Shown here: piece after piece, positions 1-9,566 of the stretch
Position numbering within the stretch: the first letter of the stretch is position 1
Layout: each line of letters opens with the position of its first letter
Origin: Tubulanus polymorphus
Lineage: Eukaryota; Animalia; Nemertea
DNA length: 64,000 nt
Direction: 5' to 3'
Assembly: GCF_964204645.1 (NCBI RefSeq)
Contig: NC_134029.1
Span: forward strand, 4,464,001-4,528,000
Notes under the pieces: model-generated
What the model was told of the DNA's origin: nothing
What the model saw: only the letters and a program-made list of their open reading frames with translations
Databases searched by the model: none
Position numbers and translations under genes: made by a program

Positions 1-110
1 GGATATAGTCGAAACGTTGAATAAACTACCAGCTCAAAGTAACATTTTCGTTATCATCGTGGGATTCTCTCTACCATTTTTACAGTTAAAATTTGTTTCA
101 TTATGATTAC

Positions 111-349
111 CATGGTCGGTACTCGATGATCGCTGTCAAACATCGCGAAGTCCTGATAGAACTCGCGTACGTCGTCGTACAGATTGTTTACACTGATTCC
201 GATCGCTTCGTTGATCGTCGCGTATTTATACGATGATTCGCTCAGTATTCGTTGCGTTTTACGTCTGCGCAGAAGAGTTAGATAATACTGCCATCTATTG
301 TCATGTTCTTCGAGCATCGAGCCGATAATCGATATCGCCAGCGGCATGC
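111..349 (-). CDS. APAF1: Apaf-1 exon 3 (helical domain 1/start of winged helix); gene continues beyond the window
   Basis: Phase-1 acceptor CACAG|GC completes C-Q-G-MPLAISIIGS (GxP motif), followed by RWQYYL...EAIGISVNNL...FYQDFAMF. Donor ATG|GTAAT. Confidence 0.9.
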
Positions 350-503
350 CTGTGGTAATTGAGAAAAATACTAGTTCAGATGTCCGAACAACCGGGGTAA
401 TTAAGACTTCAAAATGCATTTTTTTCTCTACTTTTGCTGGTAGATTCACAAATACTGTAAAAGTACCATTTTTCAGTGGTGGATTTTGCCGAAAAAACTT
501 CAG

Positions 504-643
504 GGGCCAGTTGCACAGTCATGACTTAAGTCCAAAAGTGGTCTTAAATCTTAAGCCTGGTCTGAAGTTGTTAGATTGGCTATACAGAACAAAGTTGGGC
601 TTAGACTGGTCTTAAGTCTAAGCCATGACTATGCAACTGGCCC
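504..643. mobile_element. MITE (PIF/Harbinger-like) in Apaf-1 intron, with a degenerate second copy at about 647-744
   Basis: Inverted termini GGGCCAGTTGCACAGTCATGACTTA ... TAAGCCATGACTATGCAACTGGCCC, flanked by CAG/CAG. The adjacent copy repeats AAGTCCAAAAGTGG...TTGGCTATA...GCAACTG. Confidence 0.75.
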
Positions 644-965
644 CAGGGGCCAAGTCCAAAAGTGGCCATAAATCATAAGACTGGTGTTAAGTTGTTAAAT
701 TGGCTATAGAAACAAGAATTAATACATGACTGCGCAACTGACCCTTGCTCGAGTAAAAATGAAATTTAACTTTCTGTATTCTTGACGAAAAAATTCCCCA
801 TTTTTCAATTTACATTTGGGCTAAAGGTGAAAATGTTTAATAGAAAAAAAATCAGGAGAAATGCTGGGGCTGGACTGAATAAATTATGAAAGGTGAATTA
901 ATGGGTCGATCAAACTGAATTAATAGAGGACATTTTCCTTTAAAATGAAAAGAAGAAAAACTCAC

Positions 966-1761
966 CCTGACAGACATTGTAGATTTCTTCAGCTTCAGGT
1001 GGTAATTGACTAACAGGAATCTGCGTCCATTCGGATAAAATCTGCAGCGCTTGATCTTTATCCAAACCGCGATCGATGTGTATCTTATGCACGTGGCCAC
1101 CGACGCGTTTACACACGTCTTCATCCCGGGTCGTGACCATCACGCGTGCTTGAATATCGAACGCCTTCGCGACCTGCTGCGACCACACGTCGTCGAGAAC
1201 CAACAACGAATACGGATACTGCTGATGAATCGCGAGACGCAGACGATCTTTCGCCTCTTCGATGTTACGCGGCGGCGTAGCGCCGTGACCGCGATCGAGC
1301 ATCGCGCACAAATTCTGCATTTTCATCAACAACTTCGCGTTGTCGATTTTACCGATCGACACCCAGAACACGCCGCCGGGAAACTGCGACAAGATGGTCG
1401 CGTCGCGTACCGAGTCGGCGGCTAGAACCGACTTACCGGAGCCGCCCATTCCGTGCACGACGACCCACCCGCCGGAGTCGTCGACTATTTCCGATAAACC
1501 GGCGTGTATACGTCGGATGTAATCGGGACGTGACGCGAACACGTTCGGACGAGGCGGCACCCCACCGGCGATCAGAATCGACTGGACTTGACCGACGCTG
1601 AAATGCCGTTTGCGCGTCGGGTTGGATTTTCGTCGCATCAACCCATCGGCGAGGTGTTCGTATTCGGCTTCAGTTAAAGCATCTACGAACGCATCGAATG
1701 CATCGGGACCTTTACTCGGCAGTGTGTCTAACAATTTATCAACTCGTTGTGGCGAGGTTTT
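966..1761 (-). CDS. APAF1: Apaf-1 exon 2 (C-terminal CARD + NB-ARC ATPase)
   Basis: Acceptor TTTTTTCCAG|AAA. KLLDTLPSKGPDAFDAFVDAL (CARD), GGVPPRP, Walker A VVVHGMGGSGKS, FPGGVFWVSIG, LLMKMQNLC, Walker B LLVLDDVW, VMVTTRD. Donor CAGG|GTGAG, phase 1. Confidence 0.95.
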
Positions 1762-3315
1762 CTGGAAAAAAAAGAAGAGAAAATACAAGCGTGAATTCGA
1801 GCGCCGATTTCTAATCGATTAAGGAATAACAGTTGAATGAGGACTCCACGTTCGACTGTGGCAATCGAGAATTCTGGTTTGTGGCAAGTGAGGATCCAAC
1901 AGGTGGCGCTAGTTTATATTCACAAATCTCAAATTTCATGAATGATAAATAAAATTTCCCTGTAGGGCCATGAACCTTAAAGATCAATCTAAGTTAATTA
2001 ATCGGATAACTGAACTAATTTTGATTGAGTGGTGGCAACAATATGGATGCCAATCTAGAAAGTTTTTGGCAGGGTCCTCATTTGGATCATTGAAAATGAA
2101 AATAAAATCTACCACTCTATAGTCAATACCATACAGTCTTAATCAGAGCCCACTTAAAGAGTTTAAATTGAGTTCATTTTCAAAGTGGCTTCGCTACAGT
2201 TAGAAAGTAATAAGATGAAAACAAACAGAGAACTACATGACAGGTACTCCACAGGGGTGTTTTAGGCTGAGTTGATATCGAAGTGGTAAAAACTAAATAC
2301 CTCAAAAAAACTAAGAACTTCTACTACTCTATTTATGGCCTTTGGTTGTAGTACATTTTTCAATCTCTTTCAATACAAATAATTCTAATCCCAATGAGGT
2401 ATTTCTAACCACCAAAAGATTGACAAATTCCTTAACACTATAGGTATGTAGGCCTAATAATGAATTAGCTATACAATGTACTGAACCCGGATATCATACA
2501 GAGGTAAATAGTGCACGATGTAGACAGCACAACTGTTGCTACAGCTTTACAAGAATTCCTGAAATAACCTGCCCCTTATCAAAGAAAACTAACATTAGCC
2601 TTATACAATAGAATATAATCACATTTGCACTGAATAGGCCTATATAGCATTGTTATCATAAGCCTACATTGGGTTACGTCATAATTCCCAGATTGCACTA
2701 AAAGTGAAATCACTTCCGAGTTGAATGAACACTTAACCAGCAAACTCAGATATTATCACTCTCAATTCATTTCTATAGGCCTACTCTAAATCTGAAGTGA
2801 ATGGAGTCTAGCTTAGGCCGTTACTTCAGTAGGCCTAGGTCGATATCTTAATAGTAACAATGGGGAATCGAAACCCCGCAGCAACTCAACAGAGGGCGTG
2901 ACAATATGTCAGTCTGCCCGAATTGCGTGAAAAGTACTTAAGATTTAAATACCTTTAGAAACTTTGATGTACTAAAAAATCAAACTTTAAAGCTGGCTAA
3001 ATTTATTAAAATAGGTCTAGATATAGGATAGATCCCTCCAATAGAAGGTCTATGTATAGGCCTATTGTAAATAGTATGTTGTAAATAATGTTTGTTATGT
3101 TTTGAAATGCTCTTATTTTTTTTCCTAACTAAAATTTTCAAAGCACCCAAATCAAATCCATTTCCTTTTGATTATTCTGTAAGATTCACTAACTATGCCT
3201 AATCTATACTCGCTCATAGGCCTATAGCATTCCGCAACATGGATTCGTTTTTAATTGAAATATAGAACGTATTGAAGAGCGGTAAACACAAAGTGATTCC
3301 CTCAACGTGACTTAC

Positions 3316-3453
3316 TTCATAGTTAATGACTTCCACATCTTCATCGGTGAGAATTCCTTCACCAATCAAATACGAAACGACGTATTCTACTTTCAAATCA
3401 TGGCGGATTTCATTTCGGCATCCGATTAGAGCAGCTCGCGATAATTCATCCAT
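3316..3453 (-). CDS. APAF1: Apaf-1 first coding exon (N-terminal half of CARD)
   Basis: MDELSRAALIGCRNEIRHDLKVEYVVSYLIGEGILTDEDVEVINYE resembles the Apaf-1 CARD N-terminus. 46 codons end at a GAA|GTAAGT phase-0 donor. An acceptor TTTGCAG lies 8 nt upstream of the ATG. Confidence 0.9.
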
Positions 3454-3560
3454 CTTTCATTCTGCAAAGTTCAAGATAGGCTTTAACTTAACTTAAATAT
3501 TTAATCTAATGACATTCAAATGCCGTACGGTAACGTAAAAGCCACAAAGTGGCTCGTCAC

Positions 3561-3689
3561 GATAGCGCTGGGCGTCCAAAATCAAAGGTTTGACCTAGTA
3601 TCCTAAGTACCGCCTATAAAAAAAGAATAAGTGGTACCCAGGGATATTGGGTTGAATCTTTGATTTTGGATCCCAAGCTGCAGCTATCG
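3561..3689. repeat. Imperfect ~130-bp foldback (hairpin-type MITE remnant) just upstream of the Apaf-1 ATG exon
   Basis: GATAGCGCTGGGCGTCCAAAATCAAAGGTTTGACCTAGTATCC pairs with GGATATTGGGTTGAATCTTTGATTTTGGATCCCAAGCTGCAGCTATC. Confidence 0.7.
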
Positions 3690-4185
3690 ATGAAGTCCGC
3701 AGGCTCTATCACTATCAATCAGACTTAGTCACTAATAGCCTAGTACCTAGCCATCGTTCAACAACAACAGTTGTAGTAGGGAACCAGTAACAACGATTGG
3801 TATTCAGACTAAGTCACTAAGACGCCAAGACGGGCCCAATTAATTAGCATACAATGGAATGGTTGCAATTGCACTGAAAAATTCAAGATTAAATTGGCTT
3901 TTGATGTATTGTGACGCAACGCTTGGTCGTTTTAAGGGCAGTTTGGAATTTTATGGGCATAATGCCTTGGGTGATTAAGGTTCTGACCTGTCACACGGTC
4001 AGTGTCAATGTCAGTCAGAGTCAGTGCCCATATGAAAGAAAAGTGCATTTATTGCCTTTTTTGGTGTGAGATACGCCGTTCAAAAACAAATACATATCAC
4101 TATCAGCACGTAATCATCATTTAAGGCTTGGGATTAATGGATGCCATTCGACGAAAACAATAGAATTAATTAGTATTCTTCTTAC

Positions 4186-4365
4186 CTCTTATTTTTACTT
4201 TATTTTAACTTCCTTGAACCTCCATTCATCTGTGTATGCTTGAGGAGGCTGTTTCGGAAAGCCCAAAATCACATGACGTCATCTGCGCAATCTCCGGGTT
4301 CATAAAAGCTATGCAGGTTCGAAACCAATAAATTTACCTGAACAGTAGGCGGCCATTTGAATGTA
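4186..4365 (-). promoter_or_regulatory. Candidate Apaf-1 5' UTR exon(s)/promoter region
   Basis: Minus-strand donors GAG|GTAAGA (~4186) and CAG|GTAAAT (~4338), and a YY1-like AAATGGCCGCC. The ATG exon carries an acceptor, so an upstream non-coding exon is expected. Confidence 0.4.
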
Positions 4366-4868
4366 TCCATTTTTCGACATAAAATATATATTAATAGCCA
4401 AAACAAAATAACACAATCTAAAGACAGTGCATCCTTCCTTGCCTGGAATTCGAACCTACCAGCTCGAATCCCTGCGTTTTGAATTCCTCAATATATTCCA
4501 AAAGATGGCGCAATGGTCTCACTAATTTGGCGACGAAAAATCGAACGTGTCTTAATAAAAAGCGATTTATTTCATTCATATCATTTCATCGATGATTTCA
4601 TCGCTCTTTGTTCCGATGCCATCTACGCGCGTAAATTCGTTTTGGATCTTTTTGATTTGTACCGGGATTTAAACTTATATTCTGCTCTCCTCGCCAGATT
4701 GTGGCTATCTAACTATGCAAGATTATGCAAAAAACACTTCATAATACATGTGCGTACATTTACATTGACTTTTTTGATAAATCATTTTGATATACAGAAA
4801 TTTAGTATAAACATTTCCTCGCATCAATAGTAAGACCGTTCATAAACATCTATTTGGGTATTCTGTAA

Positions 4869-4874
4869 TTTATT
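4869..4874 (-). terminator. Candidate polyadenylation signal of the aerolysin-DED gene
   Basis: AATAAA on the minus strand about 70 nt after the stop at 4944. Confidence 0.4.
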
Positions 4875-4943
4875 CTTAACAAAGCATCTTACAAAATGTC
4901 ATGTAACTTATACATAGTATAGAATAAAATCCTAATTTCCGAA

Positions 4944-5209
4944 TTATATCTGTTGAAAACCGTATTTCTCTTTTATATCACACGCTATCCTTTTTTCACG
5001 AATAGATTCTAATTCAGAAACAAGTTTGCCATATTTATTATTAACAATATCTATGATTTCTTTGCTATGCAGGACAATCAGCAATTTGAATAAGTTTCTC
5101 TTGCATTCTCGGATTTCATCATCATCGGTAAGTGGATTTTCACGGAACTTTTCTACAAGACGCACGAGTGCGTCCTTCCCTAGACGACCGCTTATATCTG
5201 ACCAGAAAC
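4944..5209 (-). CDS. Aerolysin-3xDED gene, last exon: DED-like domain 3
   Basis: Phase-1 acceptor TTTCGTGTAG|GT gives SFWSDISGRLGKDALVRLVEKF...NLFKLLIVLHSKEIIDIVNNKYGKLVSELESIREKRIACDI...stop. This fits the DED helical pattern (I..L...L..L, LF..L....I, L...L..I....L). Confidence 0.75.
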
Positions 5210-5385
5210 CTACACGAAATTTACGCGATGTATACATGGTGCGTAATACCTATGTCAAAATTGATACACTTGTTTCAAAATGACTTTCCGGTAGTTATTG
5301 ACTTGAATTGACATTAGTTTTAAAATCAACGGGATAGCAGAGTTATCAGATACAGTAAAGAAACACGAAGGTTACGGGTACTTAC

Positions 5386-5436
5386 TTGCCCTGCCATTTG
5401 GATCATTTTCCTGATTATTCATATCACACCGATAAT
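5386..5436 (-). CDS. Aerolysin-3xDED gene, 51-nt linker exon
   Basis: GACAG|AT...GCAA|GTAAGT, phase 1-1, open frame HYRCDMNNQENDPNGRA. Confidence 0.65.
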
Positions 5437-5680
5437 CTGTCATATAAATGATGAAACAACTTCATAAAGAGGAACAAATATGCTTCACGGGATTGTGTAT
5501 TTGATCTTACGCCCATACACGTGATTGGCTATAGTAAGTATCTATGATAATTATCAGTATTTTTAGCATTCAGTAATAATGTTTTTCAGAAATCTTTATC
5601 TTCCTTCTCGTGTTGTACATGTACTAACATAATTACTTTTAACGTTTTCCTGACGCATGTACATTTGTAGGCTTACTTAC

Positions 5681-5932
5681 GTTCTTCGATCTCAGTTGCG
5701 AGTTTAGGACATCCGAAATTACGACAGACATTAACAAGATACGAATGGTCATTTTCGTCCACTTTGCCAATCTTAAAGAGTAATCCAACCGTGTCAAAGA
5801 ACGATTTTGAATCTTCTATTCGTCGATTCGGTGTGTTGCCGTAAGCTTCATGTAAGAATGCGATGTAACACTTTAGGCTGTTGAATTTGTCTTTTGATAG
5901 GTGTTGACTTTCAAATTTGGTCCAGTCACCAA
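5681..5932 (-). CDS. Aerolysin-3xDED gene: DED-like domain 2 (absent from the ORF track because it has no ATG)
   Basis: TTCTGTAG|TT...GAAC|GTAAGT, 252 nt, phase 1-1: VGDWTKFESQHLSKDKFNSLKCYIAFLHEAYGNTPNRRIEDSKSFFDTVGLLFKIGKVDENDHSYLVNVCRNFGCPKLATEIEE. Confidence 0.8.
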
Positions 5933-6081
5933 CTACAGAAAAACATGATTTATATACGTAAACTGAATATTAGACAGTTTGGCAGATATTTTAGCAACTA
6001 TATGTTGATGAAAAACTGCTCAGTTGCCATGGATATTGTTCACAAAAAGTAAACTATAGCGGGGCTGCGTATAAGATTTAC

Positions 6082-6123
6082 CAGGGTCTTTGTAGTCTAT
6101 TTGATCCTTTCTAATTTCAAACT
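6082..6123 (-). CDS. Aerolysin-3xDED gene, 42-nt linker exon
   Basis: CTTTTCAG|AG...CCTG|GTAAAT, phase 1-1, KFEIRKDQIDYKDP. Confidence 0.65.
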
Positions 6124-6298
6124 CTGAAAAGTATGAAAAATGAGAATAACCAAACTATTACAAATGCATGTCATTTCAGACAGTGAATGATCATCTATAA
6201 CAAATAAATACACATAATATTCTAGCTATCATTGCGATTATCGTATGCTGTACACCGGATTCTTGGAGCTCTTGGAACAATTTTCTTAGTGTACTTAC

Positions 6299-6550
6299 TT
6301 TTCAAGATGGCAAGGTAACAGGGAATATGTTCTATATGCCTGAATGCTTTTGCTAGAGCGACGTAATCATTTTTCTTTTTGTTTATGATGTTTCTGTTAT
6401 CCAAAAGTTCAATTAATTCACTCAATGAATTGCTCGTGTCGCTTAAATCCATAACAGTGAGAGCTTTTCTCGACTTGAAGTAATCTCTAACCTCATTATG
6501 GTCCTCTTTGCTCATTTTATTTTCGATATCAGTCCAGAATGTGGAGGTAT
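6299..6550 (-). CDS. Aerolysin-3xDED gene: DED-like domain 1
   Basis: ATTTCAG|AT...AAAA|GTAAGT, 252 nt, phase 1-1: DTSTFWTDIENKMSKEDHNEVRDYF...SLSELIELLDNRNIINKKKNDYVALAKAFRHIEHIPCYLAILK. Confidence 0.8.
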
Positions 6551-6632
6551 CTGAAATTAAGGAAACGTAAACGCTTCGTACGCATTCAAAGGCGTAGTGA
6601 AAAGAAATGAAAGGAAAAATTCCATCAATTAC

Positions 6633-7878
6633 CTTCTTTGCTTAAATCAGTCACAGACATGTTATTATCACCACTTCCTGCAGCGGGCAAATTTTCTGGC
6701 TCAGCAGACGAAATTGGTCTTCTAATCCCAGCAAATTCTGACGACGTTTTATCACTTGTTGGCTGTTGGGGAGTTTCAGTTGGTTTTCTAATCCCAGCAA
6801 ATTCTGACGACGTTTTATCGCTTGTTGGCTGTTGGGGAGTTTCAGTTTTAGGTTCTGCTTGGCCATCTTCTTTCTCCTCGATATCCGATGGAGCAACGTT
6901 TGTGGTTTCAATACATCGATCGTTTGAAATCCTACTTCCATGTTGAGAGGGGATTTCACTTTTAAACTGCATAGGATTATTCACCATTCCTTCGACACAT
7001 TTTGACTCCCTGGCTTCATTTCCGGTTTCTAGACCTCTTTGTTTGCATTCGCTCGATGATATAACTTCAGTTGATGCCGAATTTTCAACTCTACTTGGTA
7101 AAACTATCTCCTTGCCATCCCGAATGTATCTGGTTTTGGCCGTCAGTTTACGATCAATGAGTTCAACCTCAAACGACGTATCGATTTCAATACATTCCTC
7201 TTTAGGATCAATTCTTATTTTGTCGTGATTAGCACCTTGTTCTCTGACCAGTTCAACTATATCAATGCTATCTTTTACCGCGTTAATTTTTCCCCCCACC
7301 ACTGTAACACTGCCTTTTACCATATCACTTTTTTTGCGCATCAATCTAACACTGCCTTTGATTTTTACTTTGGTCACCAGATATTTAGTTGTTTTCGTTT
7401 CTAAAATGAATTTCGTTTCAACAGGTTTACCCTCGGCCAAGTCTGGTCGTACAGTCAGAGTTACTGCATCCCCCTTTGTAGAAGCTGTACCTTCAGTTAC
7501 CGTTTCACTTTTCTGCATTTCCCTCGCATGTTTATAACCGAGAGACGCTCCCATAAAAGTGAATCCAAATGGAAACTCATGCCTCTTTTTCTTCATTCTT
7601 GAATGTGCGTAATCACAGGTTGTGGTCAAATTTCTCGATTCTTGATAGCTACATTCTCCTGAGCCACCTGTTTCATCGTTAAATAAAACCGATTTCAATA
7701 CTTCTTCTTTTGGTTCGCTGGACTCATTCTGCCTTTCTTCCTTCTGCTCCATATTAGAGGAGTGTATATCCGAGTAGTCCAAAACAGGTTTCTTTTTGAA
7801 ATAGTTCAGAAACCATGGTTTCTTTCTTTCCTTTACCCATTTTTCGGCCAAATCTACAATCAAAAGGTGGTATGGTCC
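6633..7878 (-). CDS. Aerolysin-3xDED gene, large exon: aerolysin/ETX-MTX2 (LIN-24-like) beta-pore-forming domain plus low-complexity linker
   Basis: Acceptor TTTTTTGCAG|GGA (phase 0), donor GAAG|GTAATT (phase 1). Motif order IVDLAEKW...LDYSDI...PKEEVLKSVLFNDET...SYQESRNLTTTC...HEFPFGFTFMGASLGY (alternating hydrophobic hairpin)...SETVTEGTASTK...LTVRP...IKGSVRL matches my recollection of invertebrate LIN-24/ETX-MTX2-like proteins. About 165 aa of S/E/P/T-rich linker follow. Confidence 0.75.
6722..6846 (-). repeat. In-frame 66-bp-period tandem duplication (22-aa unit containing TETPQQPTSDKTSSEFAGIR)
   Basis: Two near-identical copies of CTAATCCCAGCAAATTCTGACGACGTTTTATC(A/G)CTTGTTGGCTGTTGGGGAGTTTCAGT. 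Confidence 0.95.
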
Positions 7879-8697
7879 CTGCAAAAAATGAAGCATACAA
7901 CGAACTTAGTACGGTATATACCAACGTTAGAACAACGAAATGGTTACAGGTTAACAAAAAGAGTTCGTAATCGACAAAAATATGAAGTCTAATGTTTGAA
8001 ATTTGGCCCTATTTTGATGTTGACCGGATATAACATCATAACATGGTGCGACGAAAAGACTCCCGGGACTAATATACCTAAATCTACATCAGAGCGTTCA
8101 TACAGTTGAACCTCATTAATACGTTTCTGCTTGAGATAAAACCGGTTTATTACAATGATTTTCAGCATGTCCCAGTTTCAGCCACTTTTGCCCACAAGAT
8201 GCGTATTAACGAGGTTCCAATGTAGTACTTTGCGCCTACAAATCATATTTAATTTGATGCTTGAAGTTATATTTGTACATTACGGTACTTGTCCCATGCA
8301 CTTTTTCCTGTAAATATTTTAGTAATTCTGGTATTGTGTACAATATGTGTATATTGTTTTCTTTTTCTACTGTGATTCGTTGTTCATTGACGATCATGTA
8401 ATTTGATTGTGATGAATAAACTAACTTGTTACTTGTAACTTGTAATTCGCATACCAGTACAGGGGCGGATCCAGGATTTTTACAAGGGCGGGGTCCAGAG
8501 ATAAGATTTAGGGCAATTACTGTTAGGTAGTGTGAGAAAGAAGAAATGATGAAAAATAGTAACAAATAATAATTCAGTATTTCACAGTTTAATCATATTG
8601 TTATTCAAAATACATCTCTTATGCAAAAATGAAACCATTTAGAACAGTTACACCTGAAGACTTTCAAATGTGTTTCATGTACTGTGTTTCATGTAGA

Positions 8698-8966
8698 GGA
8701 CCCAAATAAATCTCAACAGTAGTTTGATATGAGGAATCTTATTTTTGAACAAATTAATTGACTCTAAAGCAGCAGTAAATATGATTCAGGGATACAGAAT
8801 TTTAGGTTAATATTTTCAGGTTAGCCTAATTATATAGAGGATTTGATACTTGAGAGTTTTGGACCCCAATTAATCTCAACAGTAGTTTGATGTAATATGA
8901 TATTCATATTTTTAACAAATTAATTGACTCTTAAGGAGCAGTAAATATGATACAGAGATACAGAAT
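8698..8966. repeat. Diverged ~105-bp direct repeat (two copies) in intron
   Basis: GGACCCCAA..AATCTCAACAGTAGTTTGAT...AACAAATTAATTGACTCT...GCAGTAAATATGAT...GATACAGAATT at about 8698 and 8861. Confidence 0.85.
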
Positions 8967-9048
8967 TGCATACTTAGAAGCTGCCTTAATGTTTTCTTTG
9001 TGTTACCGCTTCTCTATTCAGTATTTGGACGGAATTTTTATGGGTGTC

Positions 9049-9122
9049 ACTAAACCTAAGACCCCCTAAGCCTAAGAACTAAGACCCGTTAGGTCTTATG
9101 TTTAGGGGGTCGTAGGTTTAGT
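9049..9122. repeat. Short foldback element
   Basis: ACTAAACCTAAGACCCCCTAA ... TTAGGGGGTCGTAGGTTTAGT inverted repeat. Confidence 0.7.
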
Positions 9123-9244
9123 ATGATCTGGGTCTTCGACGCCCGCTTTCTTATACATTTTTAACGAGACTAATCTATGTTTATTATGTTTTTACAGTCG
9201 CCATTATCGATGTTTGTTAATGAAGGGCGGTTCAATATCCAGAC

Positions 9245-9251
9245 ACATATG

Positions 9252-9297
<46 letters not shown>

Positions 9298-9354
9298 GGC
9301 CTATACATATACATATACATATACATAGGCCTATACATATACATATACATAGGC

Positions 9355-9385
<31 letters not shown>

Positions 9386-9457
9386 CATACACATACACAT
9401 ATACATATACATATGCCTATACATATACATATACATATGCCTATACATATACATATA
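9245..9457. repeat. (CATATA)n hexanucleotide microsatellite with AGGCCT/TGCCTA interruptions
   Basis: Directly visible. It produces the spurious HI/YI/MY/CI ORFs in the track. Confidence 0.97.
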
Positions 9458-9566
9458 TTACGCCAAAAATAGGTTGGCTTCAATACGATAGGATGATATG
9501 ACTCAACCTTACCAACAGTCGTCGATGTTATTAATTTCGGCCACAAAATGTTTATCTAATGTAAAG

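Noticed and set aside
298-1822. Plus-strand ORFs overlapping Apaf-1
   Set aside because: They are antisense shadows of GC-richer coding exons, with no recognisable motifs.
5210-5390. GC-AG intron (AGG|GCAAGT to acceptor at 5249), or a stand-alone 97-aa gene starting at 5237
   Set aside because: A canonical phase-1 GT-AG solution with the acceptor at 5210 exists and matches the start of the other DED exons. The GC-AG form cannot be fully excluded.
6633-7878. Gasdermin or MACPF assignment for the beta-rich domain
   Set aside because: There is no MACPF Y/FGTH signature or gasdermin-like N-terminal pattern. The hairpin plus S/T-rich strands and V-x-P motif fit the aerolysin family better.
9170-9546. 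ORFs rich in HI/YI/MY/CI dipeptides
   Set aside because: They are translations of the (CATATA)n microsatellite.
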